A stretch of DNA of 64,000 bases from Tubulanus polymorphus (taxonomy: Eukaryota > Animalia > Nemertea). Below the pieces are notes generated by a model. The model was not told the DNA's origin. It saw nothing but the letters and a program-made list of their open reading frames with translations, and made no database searches. Positions within the stretch are counted from its first letter, which is position 1, and each line of letters starts with the position of its first letter. The stretch covers positions 2,810,131 to 2,874,130 of the forward strand of contig NC_134033.1 of the NCBI RefSeq assembly GCF_964204645.1, read 5' to 3'. Below, piece by piece: positions 31,055-43,300 of the stretch. A program made the translations under genes and the position numbers.

Positions 31055-32113
31055 TCAGTAAAATCTGTTTAGCTTTTTTTCTAAAGGCGCCGTTTGTCGC
31101 GCAGTAAAGGAAGAAATTTACGGAAGAATCTAAAACACTGAGCAGAATTCCTACTTTACGCATGATCATTAGTTGAGCCGTAAATAGGCCGTTAGGTATC
31201 CAAACTCCTTTCTGAAGTAACCTAGCAGACGGTCCAGTGATGCGGGAATTTCACAGATAAAAAATATAGCTACAATTATGAGAACCAATTTTAATATTTT
31301 GAGTTCGGTGGATTTTTCACCGGGCGCCGCCGCGTCCGCGTGAAATTGTTTCTTTCGATTTAGTTTTCTAAATATCATAATTCCGAACAAAGTTATATTG
31401 ATCACAATTAGAAAAATAAAAGGTGCAAGAATAGTCATGAACAAATAGGAATTAGAAACAAAGCTGGATGCTCGATTACTTTTATAAATAAAAGGTGTTC
31501 GAATTATTTTCGCTCCAAAAGGTCCCATTGTAAATAAACCTTCAAAACAGCGTCGCGTAGCCCTTCCGGGTAAACGTTTTGGAAAATAATACGGCCAGAA
31601 ACAAACGGCGGAAGAAATTGCGTTCAAAACCGAGAAAAAGATGATTTGTTTTTTGTTCCAGAATCGTTTGAAATACAGCGGACTCGCGACGACCAGAAGT
31701 CTTTCAAAATTGATTATAACTACGGCCCAATTTCTGGACATGTGGAACGTGTGAAACAGCGGTAGAACCCAAATTATAATTTCGTGTCCAAAAAACCAAT
31801 CATCGTAATGGCCAAAGAACACAGCATCTATTTGACCAGAGATAATTATTATCCGAAGTGGATACAGAAGAAACACTGAAAATACGAACAGTAAATCAAA
31901 CCAGGCGAGAACTATGATAGTTTGATAAATAGCGCGACCGATCTTTCTGAATACTAGAATGGAAACGAAGTTTAGAAACATTCCGAAAACTGAAGCCGGC
32001 AAATATCCGTACAAGTACAGATTATAGCTGAAAACGTGTGTCCATTGTTCTGGTGGGAATCGGCTGGCGAGGCAGCGCTCAATTTTAGTCGTGGAGATTG
32101 TGGTAGAATTCAT
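31055..32113 (-). pseudogene. Peptide-receptor-like GPCR, copy B, frameshifted before TM7
   Basis: ORF 31169-32113 is a paralog of copy A. A 1-nt deletion near 31195 gives TAA at 31169. The TM7 sequence MIMRKVGILLSVLDSSVNFFLYCATNGAFRK continues in another frame, with an extra T in the run at 31074-31080. Confidence 0.8.
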
Positions 32114-32277
32114 GTTGAAACTCAGAGAGACCCGTAATCAGTTGCTCTGCAGTAACACAACCTCTCTCTCTCTCTTTCTTGCTCTCTCTCTATATCTGAC
32201 ACCCTGATGATGGATCTGTGCAATAAAATAACACCCATCGTTCTCCGCGTCTCTCATCCCAACCCCTATCATCAAAC

Positions 32278-32521
<244 letters not shown>

Positions 32522-32888
32522 ACGGTTTAGATAGTATAGAGCGCTGCTGTTGTATGTTAGTAAATAGTACATTTGTATAACCTTGTAAATAACCTTGTTA
32601 AAAGTCTTTATTTTTCTCCTTTTCGATTGTAAGCAAAATTATTGTTCCCTACATATATACCATTACTATCAAAATGGTAGGAAAATAAATCAATTTATCT
32701 ATCTTTACATTTAGGCAAAATCATTTTTGCCTACCGTCAGTTTACGTTCAGTCAACCTTAACCAGACAACGGATCAGATTAACTGCTCGGTGTTTGGTAA
32801 AGTTAAACTTCAAGCAAAAAAGAATAAATTATCCGATTTCAGTTGAATGAAATGTAGAAGGAATTAAAGCGCGGACGACCAAGTAACT

Positions 32889-33113
32889 ACTAGCGACACC
32901 CGCTGGATCCTCACTTGCCACAAGTGGAATCCTCTATTGTCGCAGTAGTTGATGTCCTACTGCACACTAGCGACACCTGGTGGATCCTCACTTTCCACAA
33001 GTGGAATCCTCTATTGTCGCAGTAGTTGATGTCCTACTGCACACTAGCGACACGTGGTGGATCCTCACTTGCCACAAGTGGAATTCTCTTGCCGCAGTAG
33101 TTGATGTCAACTG
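32889..33113. repeat. 77-bp minisatellite, ~3 copies, internally self-complementary
   Basis: tagcgacac recurs at 32891, 32968 and 33045. Confidence 0.9.
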
Positions 33114-34791
33114 TAAATAGATCGACGTTGTTCGTGTTTGGCGTCGCTAAATCTAAAACAAATTCGAATCTGTGGTTTCGTTGTTTTCGTCGAAATGTAA
33201 ATAATGTATTGTCAAGATAAGCGCAGCAGCAGATAACACAGTCAGATGAGATCGTGATATGTCAGCATGGTTCTCTTTTTGACATACGCATGACTATCCT
33301 ACTATTTATTCTATTGATTGATTTGAGTTCTTCGTCTACATAGTTGTAGGCTGTCCCGAGTGAAGGGGCGTAGCTTCCATGTTCCACTGTCCCACACATT
33401 TTTGGGCAAGATCATTATTTTGTTCCTTTAGTTCAATTCCATAAACTAGCTGGACGACGGGTTTGCGAGTGCATTTAAAAGTGATATCGAAATAATAAAG
33501 TGACCTTGGCCTTGGGCAAAATGTCTCTCAAATTACAGTTATTTCCGAAATCTCGATGTATTGAATTAGGCGGCCAACATAATTAACCCCAGTCAGTCGC
33601 TTGCCTGTTCAGGTTAGTTGGAAGATTGGTTGAATGAACCGGAATCGACATTTTACAATTATGCACTTCGATATGTACTTCGATTTAAACAAAAAAAAAA
33701 ATTGTATATTCGGCCACCGATGCTATTTCTATTGTATCTGTGCTTCAATTTCCAATTTCAAAATCAACCCCCCTCCCCCCTCCCTCCCCCATTTGTTTCG
33801 TTCCCGGCACGTGTCGATGGTCTGTAAGGGACACCGAATAAAAACAGAAAAGAATCAAAATCTATCAATTAAATAAATAACATGTTCAATCCCTATTTTT
33901 AGGTAGAAAAATACATTTCACATTTTCGTGGCTGCTACTTTTAGAATCCTGAATTGGTAACCAGTATTGGGAACGTGACATCTGGTTTGTTTTTTTTAAA
34001 CAGAATAAATAGTTCGATAAATTTCTATATACTATCATTGCGAACATGTTCGGCATATTCTGGATTTTAGCAGTTTTCCGCTGCACTGGAGGTAAAATTT
34101 AATGAATATCGCTTCTTTTTACCAATTCATTTTTGATGAAATCAATATTACCAATTTGACATTGGATTCGGTTGATTTGTTTTCAAGGAGTTAAAGCCAA
34201 AATACCACAATTTAAGAATAAATATCTATCAGCCATCATCAAGTGGATTGACGATGGCTTTTTAGGGAACAGTTTGGCTTTTAGGGAACAGTTGAAGTGT
34301 TGTGACATAATCAACTTTTCAATCCTTGATTATCTCTAATTTTTTTCAATTGCGGAATCTTGCTTAATTTTTTTACTGATTTACGCGTTTGAATTACTGT
34401 GGTAACTATTGATGGCAAATTCAAAAATTCGTTCCAACATAACTTTAAAAACTTATCTTTAGTCTGTGAGCTATCTAAACTATGTTCAACTTCTTTGTGG
34501 GACTGGGCCCTGTTTGAATCATGAAATGAGCGTTCATTTTATTTTGGAGTAATCTATAAGACGAATTAGACGATTGCTCCAAAGACGATTTCTTCAAAAT
34601 TTCACCAATAGCATTCATCTATGTTTACAGCGTTCAAGATTCCTTACGAGGATCCGCTTTATAAAGATGGTAAGTTCATTTTGTACGATTCATATACGGA
34701 AATGAAAAAGATTCCTTTCAATTAATTGAACAGACTTTAATGAATTGCATTTGTAAAAAGGTAGCAAAAAACATTAAACCAAAAATACTCG

Positions 34792-34863
34792 TTCCCACAC
34801 CGGGAATCGAACCCGGGCCGCCTGGGTGAAAGCCAGGAATCCTAACCACTAGACCATATGGGA
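34792..34863 (-). tRNA. trnE: tRNA-Glu (anticodon TTC)
   Basis: TCCCATATGGTCTAGTGGTTAGGATTCCTGGCTTTCACCCAGGCGGCCCGGGTTCGATTCCCGGTGTGGGAA: 72-nt cloverleaf with A and B boxes and a T5 Pol III terminator 6 nt downstream (34781-34785). Confidence 0.97.
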
Positions 34864-35150
34864 ATCTGATTACAAACGGCCACACATGCTCTTAAGTCTT
34901 GATATTGTTGTTATTAAGTGATGTCTATTTGATTTTCAAGGGTATTTCGAAGGAGATATCGTATTAGATGACGTAAGTTCGGAATAAAAGCAATTCATTT
35001 ACTTATCAATAGAGGACTTGTATTAAGATTAGATTTATACACACCATTTAAGTTTAAATGTTTTAAGTAAATCTTTCGTTGGCCGAAGTAAAACTGACCA
35101 ATAGGAGAAAACAATGCTCTAGAAATATAGAAGTTAACGGTTAGTCCAAT

Positions 35151-35202
35151 CATGGACGTATAAACTAGTTCGCGCAGTTTAGTTCTAGTTTATACGTCCA
35201 TG
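35151..35202. mobile_element. 52-bp MITE-like hairpin, possibly P-superfamily
   Basis: Perfect 18-bp TIR CATGGACGTATAAACTAG flanked by a near-identical 7-bp duplication, gtccaat / gtccgat. Confidence 0.65.
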
Positions 35203-35584
35203 GTCCGATTGGTCAATGCGTGTACAGTACAACTTGATTACATCTAATCAAATCGAATATATTGTTTTCGAACTGACAACCTATAGATAGGTCTATATAC
35301 GATTTATGAAAAATTGTTTAGAATTACTTGATTTCCAATTATATTCAAATGATTTGTTTAAATAACTAAGAAGACGATTAAATAAAATTCGGCTGAAATC
35401 TTTGATCCTACTGTTTTTTTTCTTTCTGGATATTTGTATTGGTTTGTAGTGCCGCACAGCTCATGCTGATCGAAGAAATGGGCCGATAATACATTCTAAT
35501 ACGAGTTCGACGAATCTTTAGGTAATCAACAAATCAAACTAACATGGAAGTTTGAACAAGAATACCACAATAATGAAGAAAAAC

Positions 35585-35840
35585 AGTCATCTTCAGGAAT
35601 ATTGAAATCATTGAGCTAGTGTAGTTTATTCAGCGTGTCGACTATATCCTAATAGTCATCTTCAGGAATACTGTATTCCTTGAGCTAGTGTAGTTTATTC
35701 AACGTTTCGACTATATCCTAATTGTCATCTTCAGGAACACTGTATTCCTTGAGCTAGTGAAGTTTATTCAACGCTTTGACTATATCCTAATAGTCATCTT
35801 CAGGATTACTGTATTCGTTTAGCTAGTAGCTTATTCAGCG
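35585..35840 (-). ncRNA. Tandem array (69-bp period, ~3.7 units) of Penelope-type minimal type I hammerhead ribozyme motifs
   Basis: Minus-strand consensus TATTC-CTGAAGA-T-GACTAT-TAGGAT-ATAGTC-GAAACGTT-GAATA gives stem I, the CUGANGA core, stem II, GAAA and a palindromic ACGT stem III. Units start at 35585, 35654, 35723 and 35792. Confidence 0.8.
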
Positions 35841-36412
35841 ATAATACTAAAGAAGATAATAATAATGATAAATATTGTGAAGAATGTGATAAATATATAA
35901 GTCGTAGTAATTTTTCAAAACATAAATTAACTGAAATACATTTAAACATAGGGAGAAATGTATGTGCAAAGTGTAATGTTGTTGTATTACCTAAAGATAA
36001 AATCAATCATGATAATTCTATTGAACATATGTAACCGGCTGGTTGTTGTATCGGCAGGCTGGCTGGGGAACTAGCATTTACGCCAGCGGTACAGGATTCC
36101 ATCCATCAGGAACAACAAGGCAGTTAAACCTTATATGTACAATCTTTATTGCATCCCGGAATGAGAATAATTATCATGGCTTTACATAGTCTTTATATAC
36201 AGAATCATGAGTATAATGTGAGAACTAGGTGTCAGACAAGTTGTAGACATCAGGACGCACAAACAAACACCTAGTGACATGTTTGAGAGACATTAATTAA
36301 TTATCGATGAGCACTGACCATAGCTAATTATCGTGAAAACATGTTGAGTAATGTCACATGTTGATTACGACCTTAAAGCACATATTGACACTATAGTCAT
36401 AAGTTATATTAT

Positions 36413-36428
36413 ATTATTATTATTATTA

Positions 36429-36467
<39 letters not shown>
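36413..36467. repeat. (TAT)n microsatellite
   Basis: Direct reading. Confidence 0.9.
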
Positions 36468-36469
<2 letters not shown>

Positions 36470-36579
36470 AATATGTAGTAGAGCTATGAAATGTTATGAA
36501 CTGTTCGATATGACATTGTAGATCTATATGATTATGAAATATGCAAATTATATCAGGGTGAGACATACAATAAAAGCTA

Positions 36580-38480
36580 TTGATTCAAAACACCTTTATA
36601 GAGTACCAACTGTATTTTTTGATATCGAAAATAATAATCATCGATTATGTAAGAAATAATCCAAAAGAAGTATTATCCGATCTAAGAACTGTAATGTTCT
36701 CTAAGAACTCATTTTTTCTGAATTCTAATATTTTATCTTTTTATTTGGTAAAATTAATTTACAATAATCATGATTTTCACATAATTGTTTATGATTTAAT
36801 AATGCACTTTCATTACTGAATTTAGTTATACATTTTCTACATAGATATTTTTTATGGGCATAATCAGAATCTGATTCAAAAAATAAATCAATTCGTTTAA
36901 TCCACATAAAATGATATTTCATAATATAATATATCTATAACACCATTTGAATCGTAATATTTTGATAAATACAAAGGTTCTAATGTATAATGTTTAATTC
37001 TATCACCTTTTGTTTGATTAAATCAAATACATTTATCTTTATATTATTATCTCTTTCTATTTTTTGTTTTTGTTTAATTTTAACAGGATAACTGTCTATC
37101 TTATGATTATTTTCAAATTGTTTATAATTTGATACTCTACAAATATTATCAGTTGCAGGATGTAAGCAACTAATTATTGTCCATAGAAAACATTTATCAT
37201 CACATTTTGTACATTTATAACAGCATTAGATTTAAATGGTAATTTGATATAACTTGATCCATTTATATTATCATCTTTATAATAAGATAAATTATTTTCA
37301 TCAATCGGTATTGATTTATCTAATTTATTATATTTTGTATTATAAACATGTAACGTCATAAATATTATTTCATCAAATATTAAACCCGATCCTTCAAAAT
37401 ATCTCTCTTCTATTTTACTTTTTATTTCATTATAACATTTATCTAATTTATCATCTATATGTTGTTTAGATATAATATGTTGTGAATGAGAATTTATATT
37501 ATATATTGGTTTATCTTAAGATTTTATTAATTTAACTTTAACAGATGTACTAATTTTAGGATATTCTACGTCAGTAATTATTTTTATAATATATTTCATA
37601 TTTTTTAAATGTTTTTTATTTTCTTCTAACGTTTTACCTTATAACTCGATAGCTGCTGCACCAATATCACTTTTAAATGCTTCAATTATTTCAATTTCTT
37701 TTTTATACTCTAATGAATTAATATAATTTTTACATCTTCCATGTATGGTCTTGTATTGTTTAATTTATATTTTATTCTTTTAATTGTCTTCTGTTTCTTA
37801 TCATTATCTTTATCAAAATAATCTTCACCTAAAATATCATTATTAATGTTTCTAATATTATTTTTAGATTTTTAATGTTCTTTATAATATCTTTGTTACT
37901 GAATGATTGATTACATGTATCACATTTATATATTTCTTTTTCAATCTTTAATTCTTCTAATTTAGTTTCTTAGATATCGTCTTTATATTCTAATTTCAAT
38001 TAACTTTCTAAGTGTGTTTTAGTTTTATTGTGTCTTGCTTTTTGAGATTTATCTATATTGATTTTACAAGTTGGACAGTAGTACTTCTCATTTGCTTCCA
38101 TTTTAACATCAAATCATTTAACAAAATTGATGTTATATTATTCGAAATCTATATCGTGGTGCCCTTTTTCATTCTTACCTTTATATATGAAATAAAAAAC
38201 ACCAGAACATAAATCTTCAATATCTTCAATAGATAATCTATGAAATCTATCTGGTAAATATGTTCTGAATATACATTTATTTCCTTTTAATCCTTCATAT
38301 TCTAAGTGGATAACTAATTTATCTCCATACCTATTAGTAATAGTTTCAATATTTGTAATTGAATATTTCTTATAAATTGTTAATTCTGTTACTTTTTTAA
38401 ATTTTTATTATACAGATTTAACATTTGTAGTATCTTTGATTCTATCTAGGAATTCACTGCGTATTTGTTTACTCTCCATT
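36580..38480 (-). mobile_element. Decayed AT-rich Maverick/Polinton-like element (region N-terminal to a protein-primed PolB, plus neighbouring ORF relics)
   Basis: Fragments GSSYIKLPFKSNAVINVQN, CLHP...RVSNY and YHFMWIK...KKYLCRKCITKF...LLNHKQLC resemble pPolB-associated N-terminal regions of invertebrate Mavericks; many stops; very high AT content. Recognised from memory, not by search. Confidence 0.55.
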
Positions 38481-38561
38481 TAAATATAAATTTTTTTTAT
38501 TGAAATTGATTTCATTAATAAATTATTCATATCTAAAATATCCATATATAAAAATATTAGG

Positions 38562-38969
38562 GTAATTGTAAATGTGTCGTTCTAGATTAACGGTTGAAAG
38601 ATAGGGCTCATAAAAAAAAACAAATATTAAAAGTAGTTTAAAACGATAATATATTTTCATAGCCGTGTGTATTTTAGATTAAATAATAGAATAATTATTA
38701 TCAGAATATATTTGATTATACGAATATATTCTTTATTGTGTATTGTAATTAAATCAATTGGGAGCGGAGCGAAGCGACGCGATGCGACCATTTGATTTAA
38801 TACAATATGCTTTTAAAATAAAAATTATTAATATTTTAGGATATTTATTTATAATATAAAATACACACGGCTATAAAAACATATTATAGTTTTAAATTAC
38901 ATTTAATATTTGTTTTTTTATGAGCTCGACCGTTCGACCTTTGATCTAGAACGACATATATACAATTAC
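38562..38969. repeat. 408-bp imperfect palindrome with a GC-rich centre
   Basis: Arm pairs gtaattgta/tacaattac, tgtcgttctagat/atctagaacgaca, gctcataaaaa/tttttatgagc, atagccgtgtgtatttta/taaaatacacacggctat and ttaaatcaa/ttgatttaa; centre gagcggagcgaagcgacgcg. Confidence 0.9.
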
Positions 38970-40356
38970 TAGTGTGAGCGAGTGTGTAAGAGTGATTGGT
39001 TTGATTTTTCATTTAGGTAACATACTACAACAAATACTTTTTATTTTCTTATGAATATAATCGGATTATCACGAGGATTTTTCGATAACGAATCAGAACC
39101 AATACGAGCGGAACTATATCCCATACTCGGCACCGTAACCCGCCGAACGCCGAAGGCAAACGAGAATTTATGAATCACGAATGTTCTTCTTTATAGTTTA
39201 CTATGTACGTGTATTTGTATATAGAGATGTACATTGAGAAAACTTGGGGGTATGCGGGGGTAGCGGTAAATGGGAGGGCGGTATATCGGGAGTTGACTAT
39301 ATTTATATTATAGTTAAGCAAGCCACGACAAGGTCAATATTGGTTAAGAAAAACTCTCCCTACAGAAATTGACGTTTTAATCGGAATCAATATTTCAAAA
39401 AGAAATATTCCGTCCTGTTTACCAAACATAATCAATAATTTAGAATTTTCGTTTATATGCATCTGAGTATAGATTTTCAATTTCTTGGTTACGTGAAGCG
39501 CGATTTACTCATTCGGAAAGTCAAAGCTGACGTTTCCAAGAGTTTGACCGTTCGTTAATGCGTCGATATCGTTCTCGGCGGACATGGACCGACCGTGATT
39601 GCCGAGATCGTCTGTCCATGCCGATTCTCGCAAGGTCGAGGAATCGCCCATGACCGACAGCACGACGCGGTACAAACTGCTCTAAAAATTTATGTATTGT
39701 TGTACAAATTTTGCTTGCGATAATTCGATTTTCAAAGGGATTTAATGCGGCTTTTAAAGCGAACCCTAAAGGTTACTGAGAACTGGTAGAATATCTGATC
39801 ATCCACGTCACACATTCGATATGTATTCGAGAAGATATTTGAAGTTGAAATAAGTACTATCCTGCTATTATTCCAGCCGGTGGTGCTCGTGTCCATTGAA
39901 CGGCAAATGACCGAACCAGTTCATACTGCGTCCTGTTATTGTCATCGGTCTTTGAAATTAGAAGAAATACGTTCGATTTGAGTTGAATAGAACCCGAGGA
40001 ATATTTTGCAGTAAAGATAGAGAAAATATCATTCGGTACGTAGTTCGGTAGCGACAGTGAATATATTTTGAGTGAAAAAATTGCGCGTGATTATAAACAC
40101 GATATATTGAAGCACGTCTAAATTTAGAAACTGCGGTAATTACAGCGAAACCGAGAACAGATGAAAGTTTCACAAATACGAGACTGGCGCCAGTTTGATG
40201 GGCGGATTTTTAACAAAATAATTGGACTCGATCAATTCGTCAACTTCTGCCATTTGCGAATTCGTCATTACTTTGCAGCTACTCGTTAGTGAAATATCGC
40301 GCAAACTTAGAAATAGTTAGAAATGTGTTTGTTTTGAAGCGTGAATTGTGTTCAAT

Positions 40357-43300
40357 ATGCAGCGAATGAAAGCGTTGTTCGTAGTTTTACTGATCGCTTG
40401 CGGAGACTGTATATTTACGCGGGCTGATCTGGCAAACTCTGTCGAGGAAGCCGCGTCTGTTACAGTCAGTTCATCTTGTAACAACACTCAATACTCCGTC
40501 GATTCTACGTCTGGTTACATCGTTTCACCGAACTATCCGTCGTTAGTTCGCGGTGTTGAATGTCGTTGGTTCGTCAACAGCTCTTTACCGGGAAGTTTTC
40601 TCGTTCACGTTTATTACGACATCGAGCCGTCGATATTCTGTAACGAAAACTACCTTCTCGTCGGTGAGTCCGACAACAAACTCTGCGCTACCGGAAGAAA
40701 ACGACTTGATATCCTCAGTAACGGTTTGATTTCGTTGTTGTTTAGGAGTAACGTCTATGGAGTGCGAGGTAGTCGGGTTTATATCATATATCGTTTTGAA
40801 GAACGCTCGAAAATCTTACATAGATGTTACAAACATGCAGTAAAAGAATTACCAACTCAAGCAGGTTATGAATTCATGATTTCTAGCGGGCGATGTAAAT
40901 TGTTGTTAGAATGGATCGGGATGCCAGACGGGTTTGCAATGAATTTAACGTTTTTACAGATAGATTTCAGGTTATATCCCGGTAATGATCCAATGAAAAC
41001 TCTTCCTCAAATTTACGACGGATGGAACAGCACCAGTGAACCTATAGCTCTTATACGAGAACAAACCGGACATCCACCTTCATCGTTTTATACTAAAACT
41101 AATAAAGCACGTATTGAAATTGAAAGAAGTTGGAAGTCGAAGTTACTCGTGCAAGTTTACAAAATATCAGATTGGAACATCTCTAACCCATTAATTCAAG
41201 TCTATATTAAATCAGGACTGCTCACTACAAGTGATGGAATACCACATATAGTAACTCAGTCTAAACACTTATACTGCTGGTCTATCACAGTCGATGTTCT
41301 GCAGTACGTCGTCTTCAACTGGACACGTGATCTCGTCTCGTCACCAGGTGTCGTTGGTGTATATAAACAGGAAGGGTTACGTATTGTGAGAACTGATATT
41401 TTACTCAGTTTTAACCATCTTAAATCTCTGAGTGTAAAATCAGACGGATTTCTCGTGATTCTGTGCGTTTTAACGACATCGGATTTTTTAAGATCGAATT
41501 TGGAAATAGAATTTGAGGTGAAATCGATGACAATATCAGACGTCTACGTCAACAAGCCACAGATATGGGTAAGTTTATAACAATGTTTGGCAATTGGGTT
41601 TGTGTAATGCAATCATTGTAAAAGTCTATGATTTTGATGGCGATTTTGACCAGTGAAACTTAACCGAGAAATTTCGAATAACAACGTTATGTGTGACCCA
41701 AATTTCAATATATTTGGACGCACATGTTTACGCAGAGTAATTATGATGATTTGTGCAAGAATTTAAGTTAAGATTTAATTGCAACATTTTGAAGTATTAT
41801 CGATATATCGAGGTCGTACAGAGTTTGAATTTGTCGTATTGTAAACGAGTAAATGTTGTAATCAATTCTCTTATATTTCAGAATTCTAACACAAAATCAA
41901 TATCAGCTAATCGCTTGTTCCCGAGATCAAAGAATACATTGTATCGTGTAACTACATTACAACTAAACTGGAAAGTGAACATCTATGAAGAACAATTGAA
42001 ACTAACAGTGCTATCAGAGAACTGTGATCGAGCTGGTTTTTATATATTTGATGGTAGTAATTTCACAGCTAGACGCTATGGTCCGTATTGTCCTGGTTCA
42101 TACTACGGTCGATCTGTCGTCAGCCTGATTACATCAGGTGGACCGGTTACTGTAGTAGCATACGCTTATTACTATAACAATCAGTTAACAGTTGGTAGCT
42201 CATATCTTCAATTTGCTCCTACTGATTGTGACGGTTATGTTCTACAGGAAGAAGAACGTCAGATCAATATGACGTCACACTGTCTCGTGATTACACCTGA
42301 AAATCGACGCCTTCGCTCGAAAAATATTCACATATTATCGGAACACGAATATCAAATTGACCGATGTTTTCTCAAGATGTCATTGTCATGTGATCAGTTT
42401 CTGAGTTTGAGTAATCAGTTTCTTAATAACAGTCTCGTATTAAACACTGTAGATTTCACAGTTAATGGGTTTGGATTCTGGCAGTATCCACTAATAGATA
42501 AACTACGTCGTAAATGTCTAGGAGTGAAAAAAGCGGATAGTTTTGGACTTGCCGGTTCCCGTCTTCCAGTTACTACTAAAGATAAATGTGGACTCGTGCA
42601 GTCACCGAACTACCCGGGTGAGGCACGACGTACATCAGAATCGATTTCCTATAAATTTGAAAACCCGTTACAACAAAATATATTTCAATATTACAGATTT
42701 ATCGTCAAATCTATTGGATCAGTTTCATGCGAAACAGACAGATCCGGTCGAAATGATCCGATCATTTTGATACAATCAATCAATTACCAACCCTACCTAA
42801 ATGGAAAAATATCTAAAATTATTAGTAACCAACATGAAACTAAAATATGTGAAAATAACGCGGTTCGTGGACTTATATTTTATAGTTTAACAGATAATAT
42901 TCTACGTTTTGAAGTAAACAATGGAATTCCGACATTTCAAATACAATACACTTTACACGAGTCGTTACCGATTAAACATTTCGATGATTTCTACTGTAAA
43001 CAAGAATTTCAGGATTCCGGAATTTCCTGCGTCAAATTCATCAGAGATGAACGTCTGAATTGGGAGAACGCTGAAATATACTGTAGACAGAAGTACGCGG
43101 GACATCTACTCAGTGTCAACTCAGAACAGGAAATGATTTCGATCAAAAGATTATTCGCTACAGAACTTCTCCGAACGGCGTACACATTAAAAGCGCTCAT
43201 AATGATGATTGGATTGAAATGGCAGGTAAGACTAATGTTTTCAAAAATTAATTCGAAAAGAAAGAATTTAAAAGAAATGATATATTTAATTTTCTTCACG

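Larger units (their letters stand above)
34046..35521 (+). pseudogene. 5' part of an astacin-family (M12A) metalloprotease gene: signal peptide, prodomain and start of the mature domain
   Basis: Exons 34046-34091 (MFGIFWILAVFRCTG), 34631-34669 (AFKIPYEDPLYKD), 34941-34972 (GYFEGDIVLDD) and 35450-35521 (CRTAHAD/KKWADNTF*YEFDESL). Splice sites are GT-AG with compatible phases 1, 1, 0. Exon 4 has a frameshift and a stop, and no catalytic exons follow. Confidence 0.7.

Noticed and set aside
35585-35840. CRISPR array interpretation of the 69-bp (and 77-bp) repeats
   Set aside because: Units repeat in full with no unique spacers, there are no cas genes, and the context is eukaryotic
36030-36358. 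Solo LTR (TGTAAC start, minus-strand TATA and AATAAA) interrupting a C2H2-finger relic at ~35865-36029
   Set aside because: No TSD and no defensible right end; left uncalled
39540-39680. GC-rich coding-like patch upstream of copies 3 and 4 (also ~51110-51240)
   Set aside because: No sustained ORF or recognisable motif
41753-41881. N-terminal part of the 1607-aa ORF
   Set aside because: Lies within intron 1 (acceptor TTTCAG at 41881, as in all paralogs); the GTG/TTG starts in the ORF track are not credible eukaryotic starts
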